Translations under genes and position numbers: made by a program
The notes under the pieces: model-generated
What the model was told of the DNA's origin: nothing
The model's database searches: none
Seen by the model: only the letters and a program-made list of their open reading frames with translations
Assembly (NCBI GenBank): GCA_963817895.1
Contig: CAWFQB010000014.1
Location: 640,001-704,000, forward strand
Direction: 5' to 3'
DNA from: an uncultured Chthonomonadaceae bacterium
Lineage (GTDB): Bacteria > Armatimonadota > Chthonomonadetes > Chthonomonadales > Chthonomonadaceae
DNA: 64,000 nt
Shown: positions 51,109-63,319 of the stretch, one piece after another
How positions within the stretch are numbered: the first letter of the stretch is position 1
Layout: every line of letters begins with the position of its first letter

Positions 51109-53113
51109 TCAAGATTGGGAAGGGGCAGAATCGCTTTCCACAGCAATCATGTCATTAAGCGGCGGCCAACCGGCCTGTTCCAGGAACGAGTTCAGTTCCG
51201 TGGCGCGTCCCTGTTGCCGCAATAATCGCGCCAGACGCGCGTACACCGCGAGACAATCCTCGTTTTCCAGCAGCGTGTCAGAAAGATCGGCGGCAAGCAG
51301 GCTTGTCCGTAACGCTTCCAGAATGGCAACGGCAGCCTGTAAATGCTGTTCGGCGCGTTCCGTAGCCGGAGTGGGAGCGGCAAGCGCGATTTGCGCCAGA
51401 ACATCATTGGCCCGCCAGCGCGACTCAATAAACTGCGTGTCATTCGCAAGCGTCAGCGCGGTCTGGGCTTCGATTTGCGCCTGCGCCAGCAATGGCTCTT
51501 GCGGCGCGTTTTGTCCCCCGTCAATCGCGGTATTTGGACGAGATTCCTGCGGGGCGGTTACAGCCGTTTGCGCGGTTCGCAGCAGGATTTCCGCTTGCCG
51601 GACACGCGCCAGACTTTCCAGATGCCGCGCTCCGAGATTGCGGGCAAGCGCGAGCGCGCGACCGGACGCTTCCTGTAATCCGGCTGCATCTCCGTTAAGC
51701 GCGGCTAAACGCGCGAACCGCAGGCGACACTCCACCTCGGAACGGGCGTAATTGACGGACGTAGTGACATTGAGGGCTTGCGTGGCGTGGTAACGCGCTT
51801 CGCCGCGCCTTCCACTCGCGCCGGTGTAAGCATCCGTCAGCGCGAGATGGGCGTACAGTTCCCCAAGCCGATCCCCACGCGACAGGGCAAAGGCAAGCGC
51901 GTCCTTGCCGTTGTTAATTGCGGCGTCAAAATCGCCCGACGTGGCCTGAAAAATGCCCAGCGCGATTCGCGCCATCGTTTCCCGGCGCAGGTCGCCTACG
52001 AACCGCGCCAACTGCAGCATAGTTGTCAGTCCTGCGCTGCGCCTGCGCCCACTGTCCTGTATACAGGTCGCACCATCCCAGGTCAAGTCGCGCAGGAAGA
52101 TTCTGATCGGCATTGCCCAACGCTTCGGCATCCGAAAGACACTTTTCCGCCAGTCGCCGCGCTTCCGCCAGATCGCCTCCTGCAAGATAGACGTTGCGGC
52201 GATTGGTATTGACGTACAGCAGGCCAACGGCAATCTCCTGCGCGTCCCCGGCGCGATTTGCCTGCCCCTCTTCCAGCAGAATAGCGGCCTCCTCAAATCG
52301 CTGCATCGCCTGCGCATATTCTCCCTTTTGCTCATGGATACTGCCAAGCGACAGCAGGCTGCGCCATCGGGCGGAGAAATCATCGCTATCCATAATGCGC
52401 TGAAATTGTTCGCGCGCCTCTTCGGTTCGGCCCATCATCAACAGCGCTTTGCCAAGACTCTGGCGGGCGGATAGTTCGCGCAGCGCGTTACCTGTCTCGA
52501 TGGACAGGGCAATGGCGCGGTTGAGAGCTTCGACGGCGCGGGGAAAATCGCCGATTTTGTTCAGCGCGATGCCTAAATCCAACTGGGCGCGGGACTGCGT
52601 CGGGGTATCGCCCGTCTGCGCAGCCAGCGAAAGGATACGCTCGCAGGTAGACGCGACAGCGCGATAATCCGGCGGGCTTTCCTGCGCGTCGGCGAGTTCC
52701 TGAAGCGCGCGCAGTCCCTCATTAAGGCGCGTGGTAACATCCTGTGGCGTCAGGGTGGGTGAAGGAGTCGGGGAAACTTCGGGCGTGGGTGTGGAAGGTG
52801 TTTCTACAGAAGGCGCAGGAGTAGCATTGGCTTCAGCGGACGCGCCTGAAGCCTGTGATGCGACGCGTAGTTCGGTATCTGCGATTTCAGAAGATTCGCT
52901 ATAAAAGAAGGTAAGAGGAACGCCGCATTGTACGGCGATTTGCTGAAGGCGATCCGGCTGCGCCAGTGTGGAACCGGAAAGGTATTGATAAATAAGAGCG
53001 CGTGAACAGCCGATGCGTCCCGCCAATTCCTCAATGGAAATGCCGGCGCGTTCTACGGCCTGCTGAATGCGTTGTCCCTGTTCACGTCGTCCCTGTCGGG
53101 TGCTTAAATCCAT
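51109..53113 (-). CDS. XRE-family HTH protein with long TPR array (frameshifts about 52030-52100)
   Basis: ISIEELAGRIGCSRALIYQYLSG...LQQIA; TPR-like helices in both fragments. Confidence 0.75.
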
Positions 53114-53405
53114 GCCGCGCGGTGCTTTCTGCTCGCCAGCCTGGGGGGAAATCGGGAAATTTAAGGTAGGCTACTCAATTCAGGTGTCAGGTTTCAGGTT
53201 TCAGGTGATTGGACGCGACGGCATTATTTTGCGCCGGACCAACACCTTTCAACGATTGCCTGCTGCATCCTGTATAGCGTTATTTTTATGGCGTTATATC
53301 GGGCGCGTGGAGGGACACGGCCAACTATAAATTCAGTTTAGCACGTTTGCCCTGTCCGCGTCAAGACGAATCAACAGAAAATACAAAATATCCCTGTCCG
53401 TCGTG

Positions 53406-54368
53406 TCATCGCGTAAATGGCTGGTTTACTTCCGCTTCGGAAAACGCCAGATTGCATGTCTCGCCGGTATCCTGTAGAATTTTGGCGGCGATGAGTTCGT
53501 TAGTTGGGGCCAGCGTGGCGAAATGGCTGACGCCGTTTAGCTCAATGAAATGCGTTTTTGGATTGGTGGAGGCTTTCGCCATTGCCCGCAGTGGCCCGCT
53601 GTTGCCCTCGCTGCCCTCAAAAACCCATGTGGGCGACTGAATGGAGTCCAGCCAGTAGCCGGGGGACCTTAACTCGACTTCCTGACGGTTGGAAGCGTCA
53701 AAAGGCAGAAATTCCGAGTTGGAGCCGTAATTGGAAACATCATCTATCGGGCCAAACGAGAACACGGCGCGGAAACCATCCGTTGACTCCGCGACGAGCA
53801 GAGCCAGAGTGCCGCCCGTGCTATGCCCGCCAAGATAGATGCGTTTTGGATCCACATAACTCTGTGCCTGCAAGTATTTCGCGGCGTGAAGCACATCATC
53901 CACTTCGCCCAAAAAGCCCTCTTTGATACCCGGATTCGTGTTGCCGCCGCGCAGCGAGGGGAACATCATGATGATGCCCGCCTGACGATAAGCCGCCGCC
54001 GTTTGATCATTATCGCGACCGGCGGGCGACCACACATCTCCAATGGAATTGCAGTCGCCGCCCGTAATCCAGACAATTGCCGGATGCTTTTTGCCGTCAC
54101 CGGGATCGGGAGTAAGGTACGCGGCCAGATTGCCGCTCGGCGCCGGGTAGGTAATGGCGCGGAAGATACTCGGCGGGGGCGCGTCCACCGGTTCCCTCGC
54201 GGCGCTCCGGGGCGACAGCCGGGTCTTGAAACCGCTACGCGCCTGCGGCAGGGATTGGGTTTGCCCGGACAACGGCTTTTGGGGAGCGCAGCCCGCGAAC
54301 AAAAGCAGCAGCGCGAAAACGTGAAGGTAATGAAGGGACAAACGATTTACTTGAAATGAGTTGTTCAT
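53406..54368 (-). CDS. Alpha/beta hydrolase (S9-like), probable lipoprotein
   Basis: FAGC lipobox; PSLRGGN; IYLGGHSTGG nucleophile motif. Confidence 0.8.
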   Translation of the reverse strand: MNNSFQVNRLSLHYLHVFALLLLFAGCAPQKPLSGQTQSLPQARSGFKTRLSPRSAAREPVDAPPPSIFRAITYPAPSGNLAAYLTPDPGDGKKHPAIVWITGGDCNSIGDVWSPAGRDNDQTAAAYRQAGIIMMFPSLRGGNTNPGIKEGFLGEVDDVLHAAKYLQAQSYVDPKRIYLGGHSTGGTLALLVAESTDGFRAVFSFGPIDDVSNYGSNSEFLPFDASNRQEVELRSPGYWLDSIQSPTWVFEGSEGNSGPLRAMAKASTNPKTHFIELNGVSHFATLAPTNELIAAKILQDTGETCNLAFSEAEVNQPFTR

Positions 54369-55045
54369 CAGTTTTGCGGGGCGGACTCGTCGAGTGGTGG
54401 AGCAAGGGTGTCGCGCCACTCTTTGGTTTGTAATCGGGCGCGGTGAGAGGCTTCCCGCGCCTGCTGCAATATCTCATCGCTCGGCAGAGCATCTTCGATC
54501 TCCTCGGCTTCCGTGGCGACGATACGATCCGCGAACACGCAGCCAAGCCCCGCCGTAAATCCTGTGCCGCACAACAGCAACGCCTGCCAGCTGAAACGCC
54601 AGAAGAGATTCACCACGCCCATGCCGAGAAAATACAGGGAGGCCGCGCCGAAATAGCAGCGCCGCGCCCATACGGTTCCCGGCTGCCGGGTTTCCACAAC
54701 GCCCGCCATCGCCGCCAGACCCGCTACCGTAAGCAGCGCGACGTTGCGGCCCACTTCGTAGCTTTCGTAGTTGAGTTGGGGAGGCAGCCACACCCGAGAC
54801 AGGCGCACAATATCCCGCAGCGCCAGAAACGATACGCCATAACATAGCGTAATCATCAACAGGTGGCGCAGGCGCGGATGCACGAGGATGGAAACGGCCA
54901 GCAGCGTTACCAGCGGCAGCGCTTCCAGACGCCCCACGCTCGATGTGGAAAGATAAGGCTCGACGCGAACCGCTATGTAGGCTACGCCCGCCGAAACGGC
55001 CGTCATCCACCAGAACGTCATGGATTGCGTTTGCTTTGTCGTCAC
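54368..55045 (-). CDS. Hypothetical membrane protein
   Basis: About 6 hydrophobic segments. Confidence 0.6.
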   Translation of the reverse strand: MTTKQTQSMTFWWMTAVSAGVAYIAVRVEPYLSTSSVGRLEALPLVTLLAVSILVHPRLRHLLMITLCYGVSFLALRDIVRLSRVWLPPQLNYESYEVGRNVALLTVAGLAAMAGVVETRQPGTVWARRCYFGAASLYFLGMGVVNLFWRFSWQALLLCGTGFTAGLGCVFADRIVATEAEEIEDALPSDEILQQAREASHRARLQTKEWRDTLAPPLDESAPQN

Positions 55046-55441
55046 CAGAGTTCCTCTCGCAGACAGCGCGCGACTCGCCTGCGCAGAATTGCCGACACCA
55101 AACGGGGTTAGGATTGCTGTTCCCGCCTGTGCTACAATGCGCAGGCAAACCTATCGGAATGTGAATCGAATGTGTTAGTATACAGATTCCCCACCATTCT
55201 GTCAACATGCTGTAACACGAGTTTCTGCTATGAATTGGTTCCCTTTAGAACAGGCTTGATTTCCGCGTAATGTGGCATGGGGATCGCGCCTGCGGTTTCC
55301 GATGATTTTAATAGAAACGTCCCGATAAAACAGGAATTTCGCCGGATTTGTCGAACTTGGTTCCACCGGGCAGTTTATCCTGCTGCGGAATGGTATTTCA
55401 CGCTAAAATCACGCTCTCTTCGAGGAGGAGTTGTCTTTCTT

Positions 55442-57100
<1,659 letters not shown>

Positions 57101-57101
57101 A

Positions 57102-57165
57102 AAGTGAGAGTGGAGAGTGAGAGTGAGAGAAAAGACCTGATTACTCTCACTTTCCACTCTCACTT
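57102..57165. repeat. Hexamer dyad (GAGAGT)n / (ACTCTC)n between zwf stop and next RBS
   Basis: Arms 57102-57124 / 57143-57165; GGAG at 57166; same family at 60384-60443. Confidence 0.85.
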
Positions 57166-57174
57166 GGAGACTTT

Positions 57175-58014
57175 ATGTCCCGCACTATAACGGTGATTAC
57201 GCCGGAAAATATAACGATTACCTATCAGGCGGCGGGAATCGCGTCGCGGTTTATGGCCGTGATTGTGGATTTGCTGATTCAGATGGCGAGTATGCTGCTT
57301 GTAGTGCTGACGGTACAGGCGCTGTCGGGCGGCAGTGAGCATAGCAGCGTCGGGCCGGCCAGTCTGGTATCCACGATTGGCATCATCCTCGTGGGCATCG
57401 TGATTCCGTTCGCGTATTCCATCTTTTTCGAGATGATCTGGGGCGGCAGGACACCGGGCAAACGCCTGTTCGGGCTGCGGGCGGTGCGGGACGGCGGCTA
57501 CCCGATTAATTTCTTCAGCAGCGTGGTTCGCAACATTCTGCGCATCATTGATTTCGGGCTTGTGCCGCTTGCCACGCCCCTGATTTTATGCGGGCTGCCG
57601 GGACTGGCCTGCATGTTTCTCAGCCCCACGTACAAGCGCATTGGCGATTACGCGGCGGGTACGCTGGTGGTTGTGGATAACATCGCAACCGAAAATTCGC
57701 AGCCAAAAACCCGGCGCGGCAGGCGCAAGGCGGCGAATTTGGCCCCGGCTGTGAGCGTGGATACCGTTGCCCCGTTTCTGCCACTGGTGAAAAATGTGGA
57801 TCGCCTGACGCGGGAAGAGTACGAATTGATACGCCGTTTTACGACGCGCCGTAATCAGTTCGATCTTGTGGTTCAGGCGGGGCTTGCCGAGCGGCTGGCG
57901 CGTCCCCTGCTGGCTAAATTGGACATGAACATCGCCATGCATTATCAACTTCAGTATCTGGACGCGCTGCTGGCGATTGAACGCCGCTATGCGGAGGAGC
58001 GCGGCCTGTTGTGA
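57175..58014 (+). CDS. RDD family membrane protein
   Basis: TPEN..I.Y..AGIASRF.A..VD; GRTPGKR; RN.LR..D; KRIGDYAAGT.VV. Confidence 0.88.
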   Translation: MSRTITVITPENITITYQAAGIASRFMAVIVDLLIQMASMLLVVLTVQALSGGSEHSSVGPASLVSTIGIILVGIVIPFAYSIFFEMIWGGRTPGKRLFGLRAVRDGGYPINFFSSVVRNILRIIDFGLVPLATPLILCGLPGLACMFLSPTYKRIGDYAAGTLVVVDNIATENSQPKTRRGRRKAANLAPAVSVDTVAPFLPLVKNVDRLTREEYELIRRFTTRRNQFDLVVQAGLAERLARPLLAKLDMNIAMHYQLQYLDALLAIERRYAEERGLL

Positions 58015-60398
58015 CATTTCCAGAACCCTTATCCCCGCCGGTTGAAAACACGCCTGAACATAACGAAGCCGCGATTCTGCCGGACGAACCTTCAGCCGTA
58101 TCGGTTACGCCTGCGGATGATTCCGACAACGGTTCCATATTGATGGGCGAACCTGTGTCTTCGGCGGAAACTTTGCCGTTGATGGATGAACCTCATACGG
58201 CAAGTGCGGAACCCGCCACCCTGCCGGATGAAGAGTTGCCTGTCCCTGCGCCGGATACGCCGGTAACATCCGTTCCCCTCTCGTTTGCGGCTTCGCTCAG
58301 GATGGCCGCGCTGCCCACCCTCGCGTTTCTGCTTGTCGGGCTGCTGTTGGGATTGCGGGTTGTCGCGCAGGCAACGCTGCCGCACATTTTTCAGCCGGGG
58401 GATTACGTCACGTACCAGAACGTGGTGGATGGGCTGCCCGTGCCGCGTCCGCTCGACTGGAATACGGAACTGCTGGATTTTCTGGCGGGACTGCGCGACC
58501 TTTCTGGCGTGACGCTGCCCCTGCTGGTTTTGTTTGTGATTGGCCCGCTGTGGCTCATCATCGTGCGCCGGGTGAACCCCACTTTTCGATTGACAAGCCA
58601 TACGCCGCCTACCCCTGATAACTCCGCTGCGGGAGAAGCCGTTGCCTCATCCGCAAAAACTTCCGCTGCAACGCGGTCTACCGCATCCGCCGCGCTTTCT
58701 ACGCCGCTGGAATTTTATGGATTGATTAAAGCGCTCACCCTGCTTGTGGCGTTGGGGATGCCTGTGGGAGCCGTGTGGATACTCGTGGATTGGGAGGATT
58801 TCTCCACCCCATCAACGCAATTTGACTTTGCCCCGAACAGTGGCCTACTCATCGGTTCTGTTTGGGCGCTGCGGCTTGCCCTGTTGGGAGCGATGTTGTG
58901 GGCGGGATTTCACCGGGACGGACTGGCGGGGGATTTTACTCACCCGGAATGGAATCCTTCCCGCCGTAAACTGCCGATGCTGGCCCTGCGCGGCGCGTGT
59001 TTCGGCCTGCTGGCGTACATTGCCTGCCGCGCCGGACTGCCACAGCATCTTGAAGATGTGTTGATTCGCCTGCAAACACTCGGCGGTTTCAATATCCAAA
59101 CGTGGAATCAGATTGCCGTTCATGTCCTGCTCAGTTTCGGCCTTGTGTGGTTCGCGCTCGGCAGTTTGTTCGCGTTTTTCAGTCCCCTACCGAATGTTCG
59201 CTCAAGCCGCGCCCTGCTGCTATTGCCCCTGCTTGCCTGCCTGCTGGCGGGAGGGGTACAGCGCAGATTATCGCAGGAATCGCTGGCGTCGCGCTACGAC
59301 ATTCGGCCTGCCGTCCTGCAAACCATACCGGATAACATGCCTTATAAACCGGATGTATCCGCATCGGGCATTCCCGAAGGCATGGAAGCGAGCCGGGAGT
59401 TGGCGCGGGAACTGCATCTGCCCTTCAACCCGCCCGCCAATCCGCCCGGACGAACGCTGGTACTGTTCACGCCGGAACAGCCCCTGCTCGCGTTCCAAAA
59501 TAATCTGACACTGGACGGATTTGCGCCCGATGCCGCGCTGGTTACGCAAACCACGCAGTTTCTCCAGAAGCGCGATTATCAGTCCGCGCTCTCGTGGGTG
59601 GCAAGCAAAAACCTGTTCAATGTTCCCCTGCTGCGCTTCGATACGACGGGGGCAATTCGCGTCAGTTTACAAGATTTGGCGCATTACCCGCACAACGCGC
59701 AATTCGCGCCCACGCTGGAACAGATGTTTGCCGTGTGCGCCGCCACGCCCGAAAACGAGGCGTTGCTGGATCAGTGGGCGGATGAGTCGAAGTTCGCGTT
59801 TCCTGACCGGGAGAGTCGCCGACTGATGGGCGACCTGTACCGGCGGTTCGGCAACATCAAACAGGCGTTGATATGGTATCGCAAAGCCGATATGCCCGCC
59901 ACATTCATGCAGCGCGTGGGAGCGGAACAGCCGATGTTTGGAGAGGGAACCGTACACGGCGTTTTGCGCTGGAACGGCAAACCGCTTGCCGGGGCGCAAG
60001 TGGCCGTTGTCCCCTACCTGATGAACGGCCTGCCCGTTATTCCGCCCTTGATGAACGGCATACCGGTCAGCATGGAGGCGCAGGTGCGGGGCGCGTTATT
60101 AAGCATGTTGAACCCCATACCCCGCGTTAATCCCGACCTGTTTCCCCCCTACCATCCCTTTCCGTGGCAACTTCGGTTTATCAGCGCGTCCGCCACAACG
60201 GACAGACGGGGCGCGTACCGCATTGACCATCTGACGGAGGGAACGTACAGCGCGATATGTACGTTGCCCGATGGCATACACACCACGCTGCCGGTAGACA
60301 ATCGCCTGCGCATCACCCACCCCATTCCGCGCTTCAACCTGAACTACGGACAAAAGGGCTATGATTTGGGGACGACGGAGTTTGAGTGGATAAAGTGA
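58011..60398 (+). CDS. Large multi-TM hypothetical protein with C-terminal soluble TPR-like and beta-sandwich regions
   Basis: Acidic Pro-rich N-terminus, about 7 TM, LMGDLYRRFG...ALIWYRKA, TTDRRGAYRI..L.EGTY. Confidence 0.65.
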   Translation: MTFPEPLSPPVENTPEHNEAAILPDEPSAVSVTPADDSDNGSILMGEPVSSAETLPLMDEPHTASAEPATLPDEELPVPAPDTPVTSVPLSFAASLRMAALPTLAFLLVGLLLGLRVVAQATLPHIFQPGDYVTYQNVVDGLPVPRPLDWNTELLDFLAGLRDLSGVTLPLLVLFVIGPLWLIIVRRVNPTFRLTSHTPPTPDNSAAGEAVASSAKTSAATRSTASAALSTPLEFYGLIKALTLLVALGMPVGAVWILVDWEDFSTPSTQFDFAPNSGLLIGSVWALRLALLGAMLWAGFHRDGLAGDFTHPEWNPSRRKLPMLALRGACFGLLAYIACRAGLPQHLEDVLIRLQTLGGFNIQTWNQIAVHVLLSFGLVWFALGSLFAFFSPLPNVRSSRALLLLPLLACLLAGGVQRRLSQESLASRYDIRPAVLQTIPDNMPYKPDVSASGIPEGMEASRELARELHLPFNPPANPPGRTLVLFTPEQPLLAFQNNLTLDGFAPDAALVTQTTQFLQKRDYQSALSWVASKNLFNVPLLRFDTTGAIRVSLQDLAHYPHNAQFAPTLEQMFAVCAATPENEALLDQWADESKFAFPDRESRRLMGDLYRRFGNIKQALIWYRKADMPATFMQRVGAEQPMFGEGTVHGVLRWNGKPLAGAQVAVVPYLMNGLPVIPPLMNGIPVSMEAQVRGALLSMLNPIPRVNPDLFPPYHPFPWQLRFISASATTDRRGAYRIDHLTEGTYSAICTLPDGIHTTLPVDNRLRITHPIPRFNLNYGQKGYDLGTTEFEWIK

Positions 60399-60453
60399 GA
60401 GTGAGAGCAAATGCGTATGTACTCTCACTCTCACTCTCCACTTGGAGTTTTCT

Positions 60454-61227
60454 ATGACCGACATTGACATCAACTATGTGCAGCAGGTGGCGCGGGAGGC
60501 GGGAATTCGGGCGGTTTCCATGCTCGACGGCATGAAGCCGGAACTGAAGGCCGACAACTCCTACGTCACCAACATTGACCGCGAAGTGGAAGAGTTTGTC
60601 CGCGCCCGGTTGGAGGAGCTATACCCGGATTTCGCTTTTTTGGGCGAGGAGTTCGGGCGGCATGGCGAAGCGGATGCGCCATTGTGGGCGGTGGACCCCA
60701 TTGACGGCACGACCAACATGGTGTTCGGCCTGCCCTTCTGGTGCGTGTCTATCGGCCTGATCGTGGGCGGGGAAGCGATTGCGGGAGCCATTTATATGCC
60801 GCGCACGGGCGACATGTTTCATGGGCAAAAGGGGCAGGGCGCGTTCTGTAACGGCGTCCGGTTACAGGCGCAGGACCGCGACAAACTCCATGCGGAAGAC
60901 ACGCTCGGCTTCACCAGCGCGGCCATCAAGAATTTGGACGTGTCCGTACTGCGCGGCAGGCTGCGGTGTCTTGGCAGTATCGCGCTCGACATCGCGTATA
61001 CCGCCAAAGGAAGTTTGTGCTGTCTGGTCGGCTGGAGCGAGGGCGCGTATGACATGGCCGCCGCCCTGTGCATCGCCAAAGAAGCGGGCTGCATCGCCGA
61101 ATACCTGTCCGGCGAACCGCTGAATTTAACCCATATCCTGCGCGACGGCAAAACCCTCGCGCCCTTCACCGTCGCCCCGCCCCGCCTCGCCGCCCTGCTG
61201 CAAGCCAACCTGCACCGCAGAACGTAG
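60454..61227 (+). CDS. Inositol monophosphatase family protein
   Basis: VT.ID, LGEE, W.VDPIDGTTN, R.LGS.AL, D.AAA. Confidence 0.9.
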   Translation: MTDIDINYVQQVAREAGIRAVSMLDGMKPELKADNSYVTNIDREVEEFVRARLEELYPDFAFLGEEFGRHGEADAPLWAVDPIDGTTNMVFGLPFWCVSIGLIVGGEAIAGAIYMPRTGDMFHGQKGQGAFCNGVRLQAQDRDKLHAEDTLGFTSAAIKNLDVSVLRGRLRCLGSIALDIAYTAKGSLCCLVGWSEGAYDMAAALCIAKEAGCIAEYLSGEPLNLTHILRDGKTLAPFTVAPPRLAALLQANLHRRT

Positions 61228-61233
61228 GAGAGA

Positions 61234-61438
61234 TAAACCACGGGGAACACGGGGGACACGGGGAGGAGAAGAGGGGAAATAGACAGGATTAAACAGGATT
61301 GAAAACAAAAACAAAGTATCAGCCTCTTTGCATGATCTGCGTTCATCCGTTCTATTCGTTTCATCCGTGGTAAATTTCCCCTGTTTTCCTTTGTTCTTCC
61401 CCTCTCCTCCCCGTGTCCCCCGTGTTCCCCGTGGTTTA
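61234..61438. repeat. Nested 9-mer dyad between convergent genes
   Basis: Perfect 36-bp IR 61234-61269 / 61403-61438 enclosing arms of two other 9-mer families. Confidence 0.85.
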
Positions 61439-62302
61439 GTCTGATCTGATTCCTGCGTGTTGGAAGATGGTATCAAGCGCGGTGGACACGGTTTGCAGGC
61501 GGGCGTCGTCGGAGGGCAGGGCGTCGAGTTCTTTTGCAAAGGGTTCTGCGACAACGGGGCCTTCATAGCCGATGGTTTGCAGGGATTGCAGGAAGCCCAC
61601 GATGTTGATAACGCCGGTTACGCCGGGCAGGCCGCGTTTGTTGTCTACCTGCGCGTCGATTTCCACATCGGCGGGCGCGTCGTTGACGTGGACATAGACG
61701 ACCTGTTCCGGCGTCAGGTTGCGCAGTTCGGCAACGGTTCCGTGTGACGTGTGCCAATGCCAGCAATCCAGAAGCAGGCCGACGTTGGGGCCAATCTGCC
61801 GCGCCATGTCCAGCATTTGCGGCATGGTATGAATGAACGGGAACTTCTGGCTGTCGCGCAGTGTTTTCGGGCCAATGAATTCCAGTCCGAGATGAACCCC
61901 TTCCTGTTCCAGGATGTGGGCAATCGGCTGAAACCGCCCAATGTGGTAGGCCAAATTCTCTTCCCATTCGCGCTCATTGGAACACGGCATAATCCATGTG
62001 GACACGCGGGTTCCGCCAATCGCCGCGGCGGCTTTGGCAAGTCGGGGCAAGTCGTGCAGTTCCGCCCGCCACTTCTCTTCCGGCCCGCGCCAATCTGTCG
62101 GCAAGCCCCACCCCGCCGGTTTCACGTTCGCGCCGGCAAACAGGTCTTTCACGGCTTCCACGCCCTGCTCGTCAATGAGCGTCGCCACTTCCTGCGGGCT
62201 GAATTCAACGCCCGCAAAGCCGTGTTGGGCGGCAAGCGCAATCGCGTTGGACAAATTGCCCGCCCGGACGCCGATAGCCCCCGCGCTCAATGCTTTATAC
62301 AT
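61436..62302 (-). CDS. Sugar phosphate isomerase/epimerase (xylose isomerase-like TIM barrel)
   Basis: GLEFIG, LLDCWHW, VHVNDA, R.LPG..G.I, GY.GPV..EPF. Confidence 0.85.
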   Translation of the reverse strand: MYKALSAGAIGVRAGNLSNAIALAAQHGFAGVEFSPQEVATLIDEQGVEAVKDLFAGANVKPAGWGLPTDWRGPEEKWRAELHDLPRLAKAAAAIGGTRVSTWIMPCSNEREWEENLAYHIGRFQPIAHILEQEGVHLGLEFIGPKTLRDSQKFPFIHTMPQMLDMARQIGPNVGLLLDCWHWHTSHGTVAELRNLTPEQVVYVHVNDAPADVEIDAQVDNKRGLPGVTGVINIVGFLQSLQTIGYEGPVVAEPFAKELDALPSDDARLQTVSTALDTIFQHAGIRSD

Positions 62303-62446
62303 GATACAATCCTCCAAAATCAGTTTAGAACCTATTCCGATAGACCGGGGATTGAAAATCCCCGGCAGGAAAGTGCAAGCGTCCTGCGGACGCGGATGCT
62401 ATGCCGATCAAGATTGGCGCTTTGTTTGAGATTTATGACTGCGGGG

Positions 62447-63232
62447 TTATTCTGCATTTTCGTTAGGATTTCCTGCGTTCAATCCGGCTCGGAGCAGGTG
62501 AGCGGGATCGGAGGCGATAGGAGCGGCGGGGCGAAGCAGAATGTCGGGGGTTGCGGTTTGGCTGTCGGAAGCGCGTAACAGAGTGTGCTGGATTTCCTGA
62601 CGCTCGGCGTTGGCCTGTAAAAATGGCAGGCACTCCTGCGCGGCGCGGATGACTTCAGGATTCGCTTTCGCTTTGCCTTTTAGCTTGCCATTCGCAAGGT
62701 TCTGCACGGCGTTCCAATCGCGCATATCGCCTACCTGTTCCAGCGTATGAAGCAGAATCAGCGTGAGTTCCGTATCCTGTTGTTTGAGGATGCCGTGTAG
62801 ATGCTGTCGCTGCGTGGTGCTGAGCAAATCGGCATCGGTGGACTGAAGACGCGGCAGCAATATTTTGAGCGCGTCGCGGGCAATCTTTTTCAATTCCACA
62901 TCTTCAAAGCCAAGCACGTCCGCCATTGCGCCACACGCCTGCTTGTCCTCTATACTGGCAAGTTTTTTAACCAGATATTGGCGCTTATTGCTGTTGATCA
63001 GATACGCAAGCATCATTGCACTCACATTAACTGTCTGTAACGCTAAGTTGACGTAGTTCAATTTGTTGTGCCAACCAAACACATGCGCTAGCAGGAAGTA
63101 GATGGGCAACCCTGCCACCCAACTAAATGCTATTCCTATACGGACTTTATATAAGGCTCTGGCTTTACGCGCTTCCCGCTTCATTGCGGTGAGCAGGCTA
63201 TCAAGTTGTGGGGATGTGTCGTACAGTTCCAT
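62447..63232 (-). CDS. Two-TM HEAT-like protein with triple LLR tail
   Basis: LEQVGD..., AAQECLPFL, tail LLRA/LLRP/LLRA. Confidence 0.7.
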   Translation of the reverse strand: MELYDTSPQLDSLLTAMKREARKARALYKVRIGIAFSWVAGLPIYFLLAHVFGWHNKLNYVNLALQTVNVSAMMLAYLINSNKRQYLVKKLASIEDKQACGAMADVLGFEDVELKKIARDALKILLPRLQSTDADLLSTTQRQHLHGILKQQDTELTLILLHTLEQVGDMRDWNAVQNLANGKLKGKAKANPEVIRAAQECLPFLQANAERQEIQHTLLRASDSQTATPDILLRPAAPIASDPAHLLRAGLNAGNPNENAE

Positions 63233-63319
63233 GCGTGAATATTCTCTGTTGGATTGCGCTTTCCCTGTGCGCTGAAACGTAGTTTGTACTGGTTGTTGAT
63301 TATTTCCGCTTTGTTGCTC

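Noticed and set aside
13396..53113. Mass pseudogenisation or programmed frameshifting in about ten split genes
   Set aside because: Breaks are single-base shifts with intact motifs on both sides and no consistent slippery site. Assembly indels are the simpler explanation; read polishing is needed to settle it.
55141..55175. c-di-GMP-I riboswitch (GGCAAACC)
   Set aside because: The GNRA hairpin and GACGCAAAG continuation are absent
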